A DNA stretch of 64,000 bases from Bacteroidota bacterium (GCA_035687895.1 DASRUE010000196.1:1489-65488); one strand, 5' to 3'. Shown: positions 1-10,085, numbered from the stretch's first letter. Made by a program: numbers and translations. The notes: generated by a model from the letters alone, not told the origin.

Positions 1-137
1 CAGATTCCTGAACTCTGGGATGGCAAGGCATCAATTCGGGTTGTGGATGTGGTGCAATCGTGGCTCGCAAAAGCGTCGACGGGGTAACCGGAATTACCTC
101 ACTCCAATTTGACTCCCATACAGAGAGGATGTACAGC

Positions 138-1613
138 ATGGCAAGTGTGCTCGAAGTTCATTGGAAACAACTCTTCATTCTGCTGATCGCATTTGCAGTG
201 ATTGGTGCGGTCATTTATCAGCCGGGGATCCAGGGGAAGTACTTCGCTGATGATTACAAGTTCTTCTTCAGTCCGGCGCCATCCAACCCGTTTCATTTTT
301 TCGTCAACAAAAACCCAAACAGCAGTTATGCGTATCGTCCCATCGAGGCAACGTTCTTATTGTTCGTACAAACGAACTTTGGCATGCAGACATGGCCGAT
401 ACATGCCGCACAGCTTGCGCTTCATATCTTCATCTCGTGGCTGGTGTTTGTCTGGATGCGACGCAATGGTTTTGGCAGTCAGGCAGCGATACTGGGTTCG
501 CTTTTCATGCTTGTGTCTCAGGCAAATGTGAGTGCGGTTGCAGGCAACGACACGTTCTCACAGGTGGCCTCCACGTTGTTTGGCAGTGCGTGCATGTGGT
601 TGTTTCAGAGTTACCTGCAGCGGAAAGAAGTCCGCTGGCTTGTTCTCAGCTCTTTCTCTTTTCTCCTTGCTCTTCTCTCTAAGGAGAACGGCATTGCATA
701 CTTCCTTCCAGTAGCGTTGATGGCGTGGTACGCAAATGACTTAGCCTTTGGTGCAAGAATGAAACAGAACATTGTGAAGTTGCTTCCCTTCCTTGTGGCG
801 ATTGTGCTGTTCTTCGCCCTTCGCTCTGTTGTTCAGGTCGTAGGAGTATCGACGGAAGGGGGGAAGTATGGCATCCAATTGGGCTTGGGGAGTGCAAAGA
901 ATGTGGCGATGTTCCTTCTTGCTGCAATGTCACCAGCATCGACCGTCGACATATTTATAACCCTACAAGAATCAAACTTTGCACGACTAGCTATCCTTGT
1001 TGGGGCTATCCTGGTCTTTGTTGTTCTTGTGCTTGTAGGACTTTGGAGTTCTGATCGTCGTTCCCCCGCACTCGTCTTGGGCCTCTTTGGTCTGCTCATT
1101 CTCCTCCCGATGGCGCTCTTCAAACATGTCAGTGAATTGTATGTGTATAATTCCATGCCATTGTTTGCAGTACCTGTAGGCGTGGGGCTTGGTCATCTCC
1201 TCCATCGAACGACCAGGAAAAAAGTGGTGGCGTTCGGGTTGGCTTTTCTGTTGCTTCTAATCTCTGCTGCTCAGGTTTCTGCTGTGCGTACCAAGACACG
1301 CCTGATGGCGGAGAATGGGGAGCGATCAGATGTGCTCCTTGGCCAGATCGTCCCGCTCACCAAGAACATCCCTCCAAAGGGTGAGTTGGCGCTCGTGAAT
1401 CCGGACTCAATGGGAATTGAATACTCAGTATTCTTGACTCAGGGATTCAATGTTCTTCAAAGCGGCGAGCACCAGATCCGGGTACTGGCCGGTCGGAAGG
1501 ACTTCGGCATCAGAATTCTCACTCAATCGGAATTTGAGAGAAGAACCGAAAGGCAGTCAGTCCTTACACTTCGTTTGGCGGAAGACGGGCAAACTGTACT
1601 CCCCCAGCCTTAA
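138..1613 (+). CDS. Polytopic membrane protein, putative GT-C fold glycosyltransferase (ArnT/PMT-like), ~9-11 TM helices plus C-terminal soluble domain
   Basis: The tabled ORF starts at a GTG at 60. I chose the ATG at 138 because GAGAGGA sits 8 nt upstream. The protein is strongly hydrophobic and multi-helical. The gene lies at the head of a sugar-modification cluster next to a DegT aminotransferase, as arnT/arnB do. No catalytic motif was verified. Confidence 0.4.
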   Translation: MASVLEVHWKQLFILLIAFAVIGAVIYQPGIQGKYFADDYKFFFSPAPSNPFHFFVNKNPNSSYAYRPIEATFLLFVQTNFGMQTWPIHAAQLALHIFISWLVFVWMRRNGFGSQAAILGSLFMLVSQANVSAVAGNDTFSQVASTLFGSACMWLFQSYLQRKEVRWLVLSSFSFLLALLSKENGIAYFLPVALMAWYANDLAFGARMKQNIVKLLPFLVAIVLFFALRSVVQVVGVSTEGGKYGIQLGLGSAKNVAMFLLAAMSPASTVDIFITLQESNFARLAILVGAILVFVVLVLVGLWSSDRRSPALVLGLFGLLILLPMALFKHVSELYVYNSMPLFAVPVGVGLGHLLHRTTRKKVVAFGLAFLLLLISAAQVSAVRTKTRLMAENGERSDVLLGQIVPLTKNIPPKGELALVNPDSMGIEYSVFLTQGFNVLQSGEHQIRVLAGRKDFGIRILTQSEFERRTERQSVLTLRLAEDGQTVLPQP

Positions 1614-1674
1614 GGACGAGACGGTACATTACCTAACAAACTCACAATTCTTTGATCAACAAGAAAAGCTCACC

Positions 1675-2847
1675 ATGGAAGTAATTACTCGGAAAGACTT
1701 TCTCCCATTCGCACTGCCGGACATCGATGATACTGAAATAGTAGAGGTCACCGAGGCTCTTCGATCAGGGTGGGTCACCACAGGACCCAAGACAAAACAG
1801 TTTGAAGCTGATTTTGCTTCAGTTGTGGGGGCAAAACACGCCATTGCCGTAAACTCTTGTACCGCTGCCATGCACCTTGCCCTAGAGGCAATCGGACTAC
1901 ACCCGGGTGACGAAGTCATCACAACGCCCTATACCTTTGCGGCAACCGCTGAGGTCATTCGGTACTTTGACGCCCGTCCGGTATTTGTGGATGTCGACCG
2001 TCGGTCGTTGAACATCGATCCGGAAAGGATTGAAGCAGTCATTACAAACCGGACCAAAGCTATCATCCCGGTCCACATTGCGGGGCTCCCGGTGGACATG
2101 GATCCCGTTATTGCGATTGCGAAGAGACACAACCTTCCCATCATTGAAGATGCGGCTCACTCATTCCCGACGAAATACAAGGGTCGGCTCGTTGGCGGAA
2201 TTGGGGATTTTACCTGCTTTAGCTTCTACGCCACCAAGACGATTACGACCGGCGAGGGAGGGATGATCTGTACCGGCAACGACGAGTGGGCAGAAAGATG
2301 TCGCATCATGTCCCTCCACGGTATCAGCAAGGATGCGTGGAAGCGTTACACTGCAGAGGGCTCCTGGTACTATGAAATTGTCGCCCCTGGGTACAAGTAT
2401 AACCTCACCGATATCGCAGCTGGTATGGGTCTCGCACAGTTACGCAAGACGACAACCATGCACCGCCGGAGGGATGAGATTGCGCGCGCATACAACAAAG
2501 CGTTCGCCGGTCAGGTGGAATTGGAGATACCAACCGAGAGATCTGATTCTCAGCACGCGTGGCATCTCTACATGTTAAGATTAAATCTTGAGCGACTTGA
2601 CATAGACAGGGCGGGTTTTATCGAAACGTTGAAGAAAAGCAATATTGGTGCGAGTGTTCATTTCATACCATTGCATATTCATCCGTATTACCGTGAGACG
2701 TTTGGATATCGACCTGAAGATTTTCCAATCGCTTACCAGGAATATCTGCGGGAGATTTCGTTACCGATCTACTCGAAGATGAACGATGAAGACGTCCAGG
2801 ATGTCATTCGTGCAGTTGTAGATACTGTTCATCAGCACCGACGGTAA
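1675..2847 (+). CDS. DegT/DnrJ/EryC1/StrS family PLP-dependent sugar aminotransferase (ArnB/PglE-like)
   Basis: The N-terminus reads FLPFALPDIDDTEIVEVTEALRSGWVTTGP, and a candidate PLP lysine sits in FSFYATKTITTGEGG. The tabled ORF began upstream, overlapping the previous gene. The ATG at 1675 matches the family N-terminus. Confidence 0.85.
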   Translation: MEVITRKDFLPFALPDIDDTEIVEVTEALRSGWVTTGPKTKQFEADFASVVGAKHAIAVNSCTAAMHLALEAIGLHPGDEVITTPYTFAATAEVIRYFDARPVFVDVDRRSLNIDPERIEAVITNRTKAIIPVHIAGLPVDMDPVIAIAKRHNLPIIEDAAHSFPTKYKGRLVGGIGDFTCFSFYATKTITTGEGGMICTGNDEWAERCRIMSLHGISKDAWKRYTAEGSWYYEIVAPGYKYNLTDIAAGMGLAQLRKTTTMHRRRDEIARAYNKAFAGQVELEIPTERSDSQHAWHLYMLRLNLERLDIDRAGFIETLKKSNIGASVHFIPLHIHPYYRETFGYRPEDFPIAYQEYLREISLPIYSKMNDEDVQDVIRAVVDTVHQHRR

Positions 2848-2906
2848 CAACTCCACAGCAGCGTGTGCAACAGAGATTTCATTTCCGTTTCTTAGCTCAG
2901 AGGTTC

Positions 2907-3866
2907 ATGATGCATTTCTTGGTTACTGGCGGTGCGGGGTTTATTGGATCCAACTTGGTTGAAGGCCTGCTTTCAAAGGGCTATGCGGTGCGCGTCCTTG
3001 ACAATCTCTCCACTGGTAGGAGAGACAACCTCATGGAGTCGGCAAACAAGATTGAATTCATCGAAGGGGACATTCGTAGTTACCACATTGTGCGTGAGGC
3101 TATGGAGGGAGTTGATGTTGTGCTGCATCAAGCGGCACTTCCGTCCGTGCCTCGTTCGGTCCACGACCCGATCACCTCAAATGATGTCAATGTTATGGGA
3201 TCTCTCAATGTCCTCCACGCAGCTAAGGAAGCAAGGGTGCGCAGGGTTGTCTACGCGTCTTCCTCTTCGGTGTATGGAGATACTCCCGAGCTTCCCAAAC
3301 ATGAAGGCATGAGTCCGAACCCACTCTCGCCTTATGCAGTATCGAAATTCGCTGCGGAGCAATATTGCAGGGTATTTGCTCTGGTTTATGGTTTGGAGAC
3401 GGTGTCGTTGAGATACTTCAACGTGTTCGGCCCCCGGCAGGATCCTGGTTCTCAGTACTCGGCAGTGATCCCAAAATTCATCACTGCTATGTTGAACAAC
3501 AGCCAACCGATCATCTATGGTGACGGTGAACAGACTCGAGATTTCACCTACGTGGCGAATGTGGTTCAGTCAAATATCCTGGCTGCAACTGCCAGTTGTG
3601 AATCGGGAATAGCGATGAATTGCGCCTGCCATGGAAGAGTCAGTCTCAATGAATTGGTAATGAAAATTAACCAGATCTTAGGAAGGGATATTCGACCAAT
3701 CTACAAGGACCCGAGGAAGGGAGATATCAAGCATTCCTTTGCTGCAATTGACAGGGCGAAAAAAGCAATCGGGTACACACCATCGGTTGAATTCGACTCA
3801 GGCCTTAGAAAGACCATTCAATGGTATGCTGAAACCCAACGCCTGCTGACAAATGCCGCGGAGTGA
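2907..3866 (+). CDS. NAD-dependent epimerase/dehydratase, WbpP/TviC-like UDP-sugar 4-epimerase (extended SDR)
   Basis: It has a GGAGFIGS Rossmann motif, a YAVSKFAAEQY catalytic YxxxK and a YFNVFGPRQDP motif. The start was set to MMHFLVTGG, with CAGAGG upstream. Confidence 0.8.
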   Translation: MMHFLVTGGAGFIGSNLVEGLLSKGYAVRVLDNLSTGRRDNLMESANKIEFIEGDIRSYHIVREAMEGVDVVLHQAALPSVPRSVHDPITSNDVNVMGSLNVLHAAKEARVRRVVYASSSSVYGDTPELPKHEGMSPNPLSPYAVSKFAAEQYCRVFALVYGLETVSLRYFNVFGPRQDPGSQYSAVIPKFITAMLNNSQPIIYGDGEQTRDFTYVANVVQSNILAATASCESGIAMNCACHGRVSLNELVMKINQILGRDIRPIYKDPRKGDIKHSFAAIDRAKKAIGYTPSVEFDSGLRKTIQWYAETQRLLTNAAE

Positions 3867-3932
3867 GCACTTTGGCGCGTGGCTGTACGCACAAGTGGAA
3901 GACCTCTTCTGTGCGCTTCGAATATTCGGGTA

Positions 3933-3961
3933 TTGACAACCCCTCTGCAGTACGCTATATT
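3933..3961 (+). promoter_or_regulatory. Sigma70-type promoter TTGACA-N17-TATATT upstream of the PglC/PglF-like genes (long leader)
   Basis: It matches the consensus hexamers exactly, with a 17-nt spacer. It lies in the 320-nt non-coding gap after the epimerase gene. Confidence 0.45.
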
Positions 3962-4198
3962 GGCAGTTACCACATGGGGATTCCTCTGCGTACGTGTGTG
4001 GTTATTGTTTCCAACTTCTTCTTTGCTGATCCAAAAAGGCCGGAAAGATCTGTACATTTGGGGTTCCAACGAGAATCCACACGTGTGCTCCAGAATACAA
4101 CATCTATCTCAGTCCATTCACTATCTTTAGACATCGATTTCGGTCCATTCAGCAGTTCATCTTGTATAAACCCGTCCTAGAGTACCTTGCTGGAAATT

Positions 4199-4783
4199 AT
4201 GGGAAGACTCCTTAACATAGTCATTTCACTCATAGGGCTTATTCTCCTGTCGCCAGTCCTGAGTGTTGTGGCGCTTTTCGTGAAAATGCACGATGGAGGC
4301 CCGGTGACGTACCGAGCAAAACGCGTAGGCATCAGGGGCGCGATTTTTGATCTTCACAAGTTCCGCACAATGGTGCCAAACGCGAACAAGATGGGAGGAG
4401 GCATCACTGTTCTGGGTGACAAACGCGTGACTCCGATTGGACGATTTCTCAGAAAATACAAACTTGATGAGCTCCCGCAGCTCTTTAACGTCCTCAAGGG
4501 TGACATGAGCTTCGTCGGTCCAAGGCCGGAGGATCCCCGCTATGTGGAACGTTATACGCCAGAACAGCGGGAGGTTTTAAGTGTACCGCCCGGGATAACA
4601 AGTCCAGCATCATTGCATTTCCGAAACGAAGAGGCGCTGCTCAGTGGGGGTGATTGGGAAAGCAAATACATTGAACAAATCTTGCCACGCAAATTGGCAA
4701 TGGAGCTTGAATACTTTCCAAGTCGCAGTTTGGGGGGCGACGTTCGAATCATCATCCGCACTCTGGGAGGTATACTGAAATGA
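4199..4783 (+). CDS. Undecaprenyl-phosphate sugar phosphotransferase, small PglC/WbaP-C-terminal type (bacterial sugar transferase)
   Basis: It has one N-terminal TM helix and then KRVGIRGAIFDLHKFRTM...DELPQLFNVLKGDMSFVGPRPE, the bacterial sugar transferase signature. The tabled start is a TTG, and the ATG at 4199 was chosen. Confidence 0.8.
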   Translation: MGRLLNIVISLIGLILLSPVLSVVALFVKMHDGGPVTYRAKRVGIRGAIFDLHKFRTMVPNANKMGGGITVLGDKRVTPIGRFLRKYKLDELPQLFNVLKGDMSFVGPRPEDPRYVERYTPEQREVLSVPPGITSPASLHFRNEEALLSGGDWESKYIEQILPRKLAMELEYFPSRSLGGDVRIIIRTLGGILK

Positions 4784-6798
4784 TCAGGGGATTCAAATCA
4801 TTCATGCTTCATTTGAGGAATCGGTCCCTGTTGGGGGTTGACATTGTTCTTGGGGCATTGATTCCCTCTGTAGCACTCTACATCCGAACGGAGAGTCTTA
4901 GCGCCCTGAGCCTCTACGCAACGCCAGTGATTCTTTTTACGGCTGTGGCTCTCGCTGCTAAGGTCATTGTTTTTTTCGTTACCGGACTGTATGCTCAATA
5001 CTGGCGCTACGCAAGTGTTGAAGAACTCATGACACTGCTTCGCGCCACGATGTTAGCCTGGCTCGCTGAGGCCCTGATCTTCTTCGGGTTGCTCATGCCC
5101 TTAGGCATCCTACCTTTTGGTTTTCCACGTTCGGTTGTGGTTCTTGACGGATTGCTTACCCTTGTGGTAGTTGCTGGAGTGCGATTGAGCATTCGTCTCT
5201 TCTTTGCCTTGTACACGAAGAAGGATGAAGGAATGCCCCTCAAGCCGGCGCTGGTGGTTGGGGCGGGTGTTGCCGGAGCAATGATTGTGAAGGAGCTTCA
5301 GTCAAATCAGCAACTAGGTCTCGAGCCTGTCGGGTACATCGACGATGACGTTGCGAAAGCTGGAAAGCGTATTCATGGCGTTGAGGTTCTTGGTGCCTTG
5401 AAGGACCTTCCCGCCATCCTGAATGAACACAAGATTTCAGAAGTGATCATCGCGATGCCAACGGCGCCTGGTAAGGTTGTTCGCGATGTTGTTCAGGCAT
5501 GCAAGGCATCGGGCGTGCGAAGCAAAACTATTCCGGGATTGTTCGAAATACTGAGGGGGACGGCAAAGGTCGCGCAATTCCGGAATATCCAACTCGAGGA
5601 CTTGCTCCGCCGGGGTGCGGTAAAGACGGATACGAAGAAAGTGGTCGGTCTTCTTCATGGTGTTCGCGTGATGGTGACTGGTGCGGGTGGGTCTATCGGC
5701 TCCGAACTCTGCCGACAGATCAGAGATTTCGGTCCTTCCGAGTTGGTTCTCGTGGGTCACGGAGAGAATTCGATCTATGAGATCATGCGCGAACTTCAAG
5801 AAGTTCCCAAGCAGGGACTGAAGGTGCATTCAGTCATCGCCGACATCAGAGACCGTGAGCGAATGGAGCAGGTTTTTGCGAACCACCGGCCGCACATCGT
5901 TTTCCATGCTGCAGCGCATAAGCACGTGCCGCTCATGGAGGCAAATATCCCTGATGCGATTTCGAACAATGTGCTCGGAACAAGAAACCTGATTGATCTT
6001 TCCGAGCGGCATCGTGTCGATCGATTTGTGATGATTTCCAGCGACAAGGCGGTCAACCCGACAAGCATTATGGGCGTGACCAAGAGAATCGCTGAGTTGA
6101 TTGTGCAAGAGGCCGCGTTTCGAACCAAACGGCCGTATGTTGCCGTGCGGTTTGGAAATGTCTTGGGGAGCAGGGGAAGTGTGGTTCCATTAATGAAACG
6201 GCAAATCGAGCTTGGAGGTCCCTTGACGGTCACGCACCCTGAGATGCGTCGGTACTTCATGACCATTCCTGAAGCAGTCCAACTCGTTCTGCAAGCAGCC
6301 ACAATGGGAACCAGCGGCGAGGTATTTGTCCTCGATATGGGTGATCCCATCAAGATCATCGATCTTGCACGAGATCTGATTCGCCTCAGTGGATTGGAAG
6401 AGGGCCGCGACATCGATATCACCTTTACAGGACTGCGGCCGGGCGAGAAGCTCTTTGAGGAACTCTTCTTCGACGGCGACAAAATCGAGCGGACTCACCA
6501 CGAGAAGATCATGGTGTATAGGAACGGTTCCCACTATGTCCATGAACCAGTCGGTACAGAAACCATCACCCATCGGGTTGAAGGTGTCCCAACGGCCGGT
6601 TATGAGAAGCCACTCCGCCTTGACGTGGATACACTTCTCGAGGCAGCACAACAGGGAAGCCTGCACGTTGTTCGCCGCCTGATGAAGAAGCTGGTACCGG
6701 AATACAAGCCACAAGAAGAAAGTCTGGAACCAACGAAATTACAGGCCACTCTATCGGCCGATGGGACTAAAACGACCTCTGTTGCTTTGCCTCGGTAG
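4780..6798 (+). CDS. Polysaccharide biosynthesis protein CapD/WbpM/PglF-like (membrane-anchored UDP-HexNAc 4,6-dehydratase)
   Basis: It has four N-terminal TM helices. A Rossmann region LVVGAGVAGA is followed by a second MVTGAGGSIGSEL, and the SDR-type dehydratase core is present. An ATGA overlap with the upstream gene gives translational coupling. Confidence 0.85.
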   Translation: MIRGFKSFMLHLRNRSLLGVDIVLGALIPSVALYIRTESLSALSLYATPVILFTAVALAAKVIVFFVTGLYAQYWRYASVEELMTLLRATMLAWLAEALIFFGLLMPLGILPFGFPRSVVVLDGLLTLVVVAGVRLSIRLFFALYTKKDEGMPLKPALVVGAGVAGAMIVKELQSNQQLGLEPVGYIDDDVAKAGKRIHGVEVLGALKDLPAILNEHKISEVIIAMPTAPGKVVRDVVQACKASGVRSKTIPGLFEILRGTAKVAQFRNIQLEDLLRRGAVKTDTKKVVGLLHGVRVMVTGAGGSIGSELCRQIRDFGPSELVLVGHGENSIYEIMRELQEVPKQGLKVHSVIADIRDRERMEQVFANHRPHIVFHAAAHKHVPLMEANIPDAISNNVLGTRNLIDLSERHRVDRFVMISSDKAVNPTSIMGVTKRIAELIVQEAAFRTKRPYVAVRFGNVLGSRGSVVPLMKRQIELGGPLTVTHPEMRRYFMTIPEAVQLVLQAATMGTSGEVFVLDMGDPIKIIDLARDLIRLSGLEEGRDIDITFTGLRPGEKLFEELFFDGDKIERTHHEKIMVYRNGSHYVHEPVGTETITHRVEGVPTAGYEKPLRLDVDTLLEAAQQGSLHVVRRLMKKLVPEYKPQEESLEPTKLQATLSADGTKTTSVALPR

Positions 6799-6817
6799 CA
6801 CTCTGAAGAGAACTTGC

Positions 6818-6861
6818 AATCCGCGGGAGACTGCGCATCGTCACCTGCGGATTTGTTTTTT
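6818..6861 (+). terminator. Rho-independent terminator after the dehydratase gene
   Basis: An AATCCGCGGG...CCTGCGGATT stem is followed by TTTGTTTTTT. Confidence 0.6.
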
Positions 6862-6915
6862 CCTCTAAGTGGGAGACTACCTGGCGCAATAAGCCTTGCC
6901 TTTCTTTACTCACCT

Positions 6916-6944
6916 CTTGCAATTTGTTGGCCGTGACCGTATTT
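6916..6944 (+). promoter_or_regulatory. Candidate promoter TTGCAA-N17-TATTTT
   Basis: The hexamers are near-consensus and lie about 165 nt upstream of the receiver-domain gene. Confidence 0.3.
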
Positions 6945-7110
6945 TGGTCCTACCCTGCCGTCTTGTTTGGCAAGAGGCCCGGTACCTTCAACGACAGACA
7001 CCTTGTTATTGGTCTCAAACGGTCCTTGGAGTGACCTTGATTCACTCGTTCAAGACCAGATTGTGGGGGGCTTGGACGAACTCTTTGACTGGTGAAACTT
7101 CCAACATTTC

Positions 7111-7470
7111 ATGTCCAAAGTTCTTGTTATTGATGACGATGAGATGCTCCTTAGCCTCATGCAAAACATCCTGCAAGGGGAAGGATACACAATTCTCTCG
7201 ACGGCTGACGGCCCTCGCGGAATCGCTATCTACAAAGAAGAACGACCTGACGTTGTGCTGCTCGATCTGGGGCTCCCCAGCATGAACGGCCTGGAAGTGC
7301 TCCGCAGGATCCGTAGCTTCGACGACAAAGCCAAGGTAATCGTCGTGACAGGGTACGGATCGGCAGAGTCTGTGGAAGTTGCCTACCGATCCGGTGCGTG
7401 GGACTTCGTGCAGAAGCCGTTCAATAATGCCGACGTTTTGAAGTTGATCAAGACGGCTATTGATGCGTAA
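7111..7470 (+). CDS. Single-domain response regulator (CheY-like receiver)
   Basis: It has VLVIDDDEMLL (acidic pocket), VVLLDLGLPSMNG (phospho-Asp) and the conserved T and K regions. There is no output domain. Confidence 0.8.
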   Translation: MSKVLVIDDDEMLLSLMQNILQGEGYTILSTADGPRGIAIYKEERPDVVLLDLGLPSMNGLEVLRRIRSFDDKAKVIVVTGYGSAESVEVAYRSGAWDFVQKPFNNADVLKLIKTAIDA

Positions 7471-7583
7471 GTCCCATTTCTACACCATCTTGATTCCTGC
7501 CCCACCACCGATTCCTGCTGTCATTCAATGCGCTACCTTTTCGTGCCACCAGGCATGATATCATCCCTGAAAGAGAATCAATC

Positions 7584-8615
7584 GTGACATCGAAAAACCA
7601 ATCCTCCAGAATTCTGGTGACCGGAGGTGCCGGTTATATTGGGAGCCATACGTCTCTTGAGCTCTTGCGCGCCGGATATGATGTTGTTGTGGTGGACAAT
7701 CTCTCCAATAGCAAACGCGAAGCCATCAAGAGAGTTGAGGATCTTTCCGGCCGGAAAATCGTCTTCCATGAGGTTGATCTGCTGGACAGGGACAGTCTGA
7801 ACTCTGTGTTTCGATCTACACCTGTGGATGCTGTAATTCATTTCGCAGGCTTGAAAGCAGTTGGCGAATCAGTGCGTGTTCCTCTTCAGTACTATCACAA
7901 CAACATCACCGGGAGCTTACATCTCCTGGAGGTAATGCAGCGACACAATGTGCGGCATGTCGTGTTCAGCTCATCCGCCACTGTATATGGCGACCCTCAT
8001 GCTGTTCCGATTACGGAGGACTTCCCGCTTGGGGCCACCAATCCCTATGGCTGGACAAAGCTGATGATTGAACAGATCTTTCGCGATATCCGCCAAGCGG
8101 AACCTTCCTGGAATATCGCTCTCCTTCGATACTTCAACCCTGTCGGCGCTGATCGCAGCGGGTGTATTGGCGAGGATCCAAATGGGATTCCCAACAATCT
8201 CCTCCCATACATCGCCCAAGTCGCTGTAGGAAAGCTACCGCAGTTAAGTGTCTTTGGGAGCGACTATCCGACGCCGGATGGAACGGGGGTCCGCGACTAC
8301 ATCCATGTTGTCGATCTGGCACTGGGTCATCTCAAAGCACTGCAGAAGCTTGCCACTGACCCCGGTCTGCTTACTTATAACCTCGGTACGGGGCGAGGTT
8401 ATAGCGTTCTTGAGATGGTGCAGGCATTTGAGCGGGCCTCTGGTCGACGCATTCCTTATTCGATCGTGGGGCGCCGGGCCGGCGACATCGCTTCTTGTTA
8501 TGCCAATCCCGCAAAGGCAAGCTCCGAACTGGGGTGGGTGGCTCAGATGGATATCCACGATATGTGTGCGGACACGTGGAGATGGCAGCAAAACAACCCT
8601 GATGGATACAAGTAA
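7584..8615 (+). CDS. galE: UDP-glucose 4-epimerase
   Basis: It has [14 protein letters not shown], the YxxxK motif and YFNPVGAD. The length matches GalE. It uses a GTG start. Confidence 0.85.
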   Translation: MTSKNQSSRILVTGGAGYIGSHTSLELLRAGYDVVVVDNLSNSKREAIKRVEDLSGRKIVFHEVDLLDRDSLNSVFRSTPVDAVIHFAGLKAVGESVRVPLQYYHNNITGSLHLLEVMQRHNVRHVVFSSSATVYGDPHAVPITEDFPLGATNPYGWTKLMIEQIFRDIRQAEPSWNIALLRYFNPVGADRSGCIGEDPNGIPNNLLPYIAQVAVGKLPQLSVFGSDYPTPDGTGVRDYIHVVDLALGHLKALQKLATDPGLLTYNLGTGRGYSVLEMVQAFERASGRRIPYSIVGRRAGDIASCYANPAKASSELGWVAQMDIHDMCADTWRWQQNNPDGYK

Positions 8616-8710
8616 CCGATTCTGAACCCAGCTCCGCGGGTTAAATTTCTACCTGCTTTCCCGGCAACGTGCGTCCGCCATTTCCTCCGCAACGACTGAC
8701 TACAAAAGGG

Positions 8711-8739
8711 TTGACGATCTGCGGTCAAGAACGTACATT
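8711..8739 (+). promoter_or_regulatory. Candidate promoter TTGACG-N17-TACATT containing the palindrome TTGAC-N8-GTCAA
   Basis: This hand-read motif lies 40 nt upstream of the small ORF at 8782. Confidence 0.3.
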
Positions 8740-8781
8740 AAAGACGTCAACGAGCAGATTCAGTCACAGTTCCCCATCCTT

Positions 8782-8982
8782 ATGTCGATGACTAGTGCAG
8801 AACAACGCCGGATGATTGAGGAGCTCTCCGATCACACGCGTAAGATGAAAAGGTATGACCTGGAAGAGTTCGAGATGTTTGCCAAGAGAAACAAAGATGA
8901 TGAAGACCTGGATCTTCAATCTGAAAAACGTCTTCGGCAAATGTACGACTTCTATGTGGTGAAACAAGGGAAGGGCTCATGA
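8782..8982 (+). CDS. Hypothetical small charged protein (66 aa)
   Basis: Its stop overlaps the ATG of the downstream oxidoreductase (ATGA), which gives translational coupling. I recognised no family. Confidence 0.35.
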   Translation: MSMTSAEQRRMIEELSDHTRKMKRYDLEEFEMFAKRNKDDEDLDLQSEKRLRQMYDFYVVKQGKGS

Positions 8983-10001
8983 AGGCGGCTGTAGTGGTAC
9001 GTTATGGAGGTCCGGAGGTGATGGAAGTCCGCGAGCTTCCAGTTCCCACGCCGGATGCCAACCAGATTCTGGTGCGCGTGAAGGCCATCGGATTGAATTT
9101 TGCCGATATTTTTGCGCGGTTTGGTGTATATCCCGGCACACCCAAGCCTCCATTCGTTCCGGGTCTGGAGTTTTCCGGTGAGGTAGTTGCCGCGGGATCG
9201 AAAACGTCTTTGTTCAAAGGCGGTGAACGGGTGATGGGATATAGTCGCCTGGGCAGCCATGCAGAGTATGTTATTCTGAATGAAAAACTCGCGACTGAAA
9301 TCCCTGCACCGATGACTTACGAAGAAGCGGCCGCGTTTCTAGTCTCCTACTTGACTGCATATCACGGCATCGTGCGTCTCGCGAATACACGGCCTGGGGA
9401 ACAACTGCTCGTCCATGCGGCGGCCGGCGGTGTTGGCCTCGCCTCGGTGCAGCTTGCACTGCACTTGGGGATTCACATCTATGCGACAGCGGGGTCAGAC
9501 GAGAAAGTTGCGCTCGTGCAAAAGCAGGGCGCACACCATGTGATCAACTACCGGACCCAGGATTTTGCCGAAGAAGTGCGCACCCTCTCGGACGGGTACG
9601 GCGTCGACGTCGTGATGGACTCTGTTGGTGGAGAAACATACAAGAAGAGCTGGCAACTGCTTGCGCAAATGGGGCGCTACATTCTCTTGGGTGTATCGGC
9701 TGTGACGGGATCCGGCGCTTTGAACCGGCTGAAAGCCGCAGCGGTGTTTTCGTTCATGAAACCCATCTTCCCTCCCCACCTCCTCAGTGCCAACAAAGGG
9801 ATCTTCGGCTTCAATCTTGGTACATTGACTGGGAAGGAGCAGTACTTCCGGGAGGCAACGCTTGAACTCCTGCAGATGTATACACAGAAAGTACTGAAGC
9901 CGATAATCGGCAGGACATATCCGTTCGATCAGATTGTCGAAGCCCACCGGATGCTACAGACTCGCCAGAGCGTCGGAAAGGTAGTGGTGATTGTCTCCTG
10001 A
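8979..10001 (+). CDS. Zinc-binding/MDR-superfamily NADPH:quinone oxidoreductase-like dehydrogenase
   Basis: It has a GroES-like N-terminus and a nucleotide-binding motif VHAAAGGVGLASVQLA. It is about 340 aa, typical of Qor. Confidence 0.8.
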   Translation: MKAAVVVRYGGPEVMEVRELPVPTPDANQILVRVKAIGLNFADIFARFGVYPGTPKPPFVPGLEFSGEVVAAGSKTSLFKGGERVMGYSRLGSHAEYVILNEKLATEIPAPMTYEEAAAFLVSYLTAYHGIVRLANTRPGEQLLVHAAAGGVGLASVQLALHLGIHIYATAGSDEKVALVQKQGAHHVINYRTQDFAEEVRTLSDGYGVDVVMDSVGGETYKKSWQLLAQMGRYILLGVSAVTGSGALNRLKAAAVFSFMKPIFPPHLLSANKGIFGFNLGTLTGKEQYFREATLELLQMYTQKVLKPIIGRTYPFDQIVEAHRMLQTRQSVGKVVVIVS

Positions 10002-10085
10002 CATGGGACATACGCCCCCTGCGGTCGGGGTGTTCGGCCTCCAGGATGACCTCTATCGTACCGGTCAGGATCGGAGGCCTGACCA

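Noticed and set aside
60-137. Upstream extension of the first membrane protein to position 60
   Set aside because: Position 60 is a GTG with no SD. The ATG at 138 has a GAGAGGA SD at good spacing.
5796-6482. 228-aa and other minus-strand ORFs inside the PglF-like gene
   Set aside because: They are antisense to a well-supported SDR dehydratase. They have no SD and their sequences are Ser/Arg-rich artefact-like.
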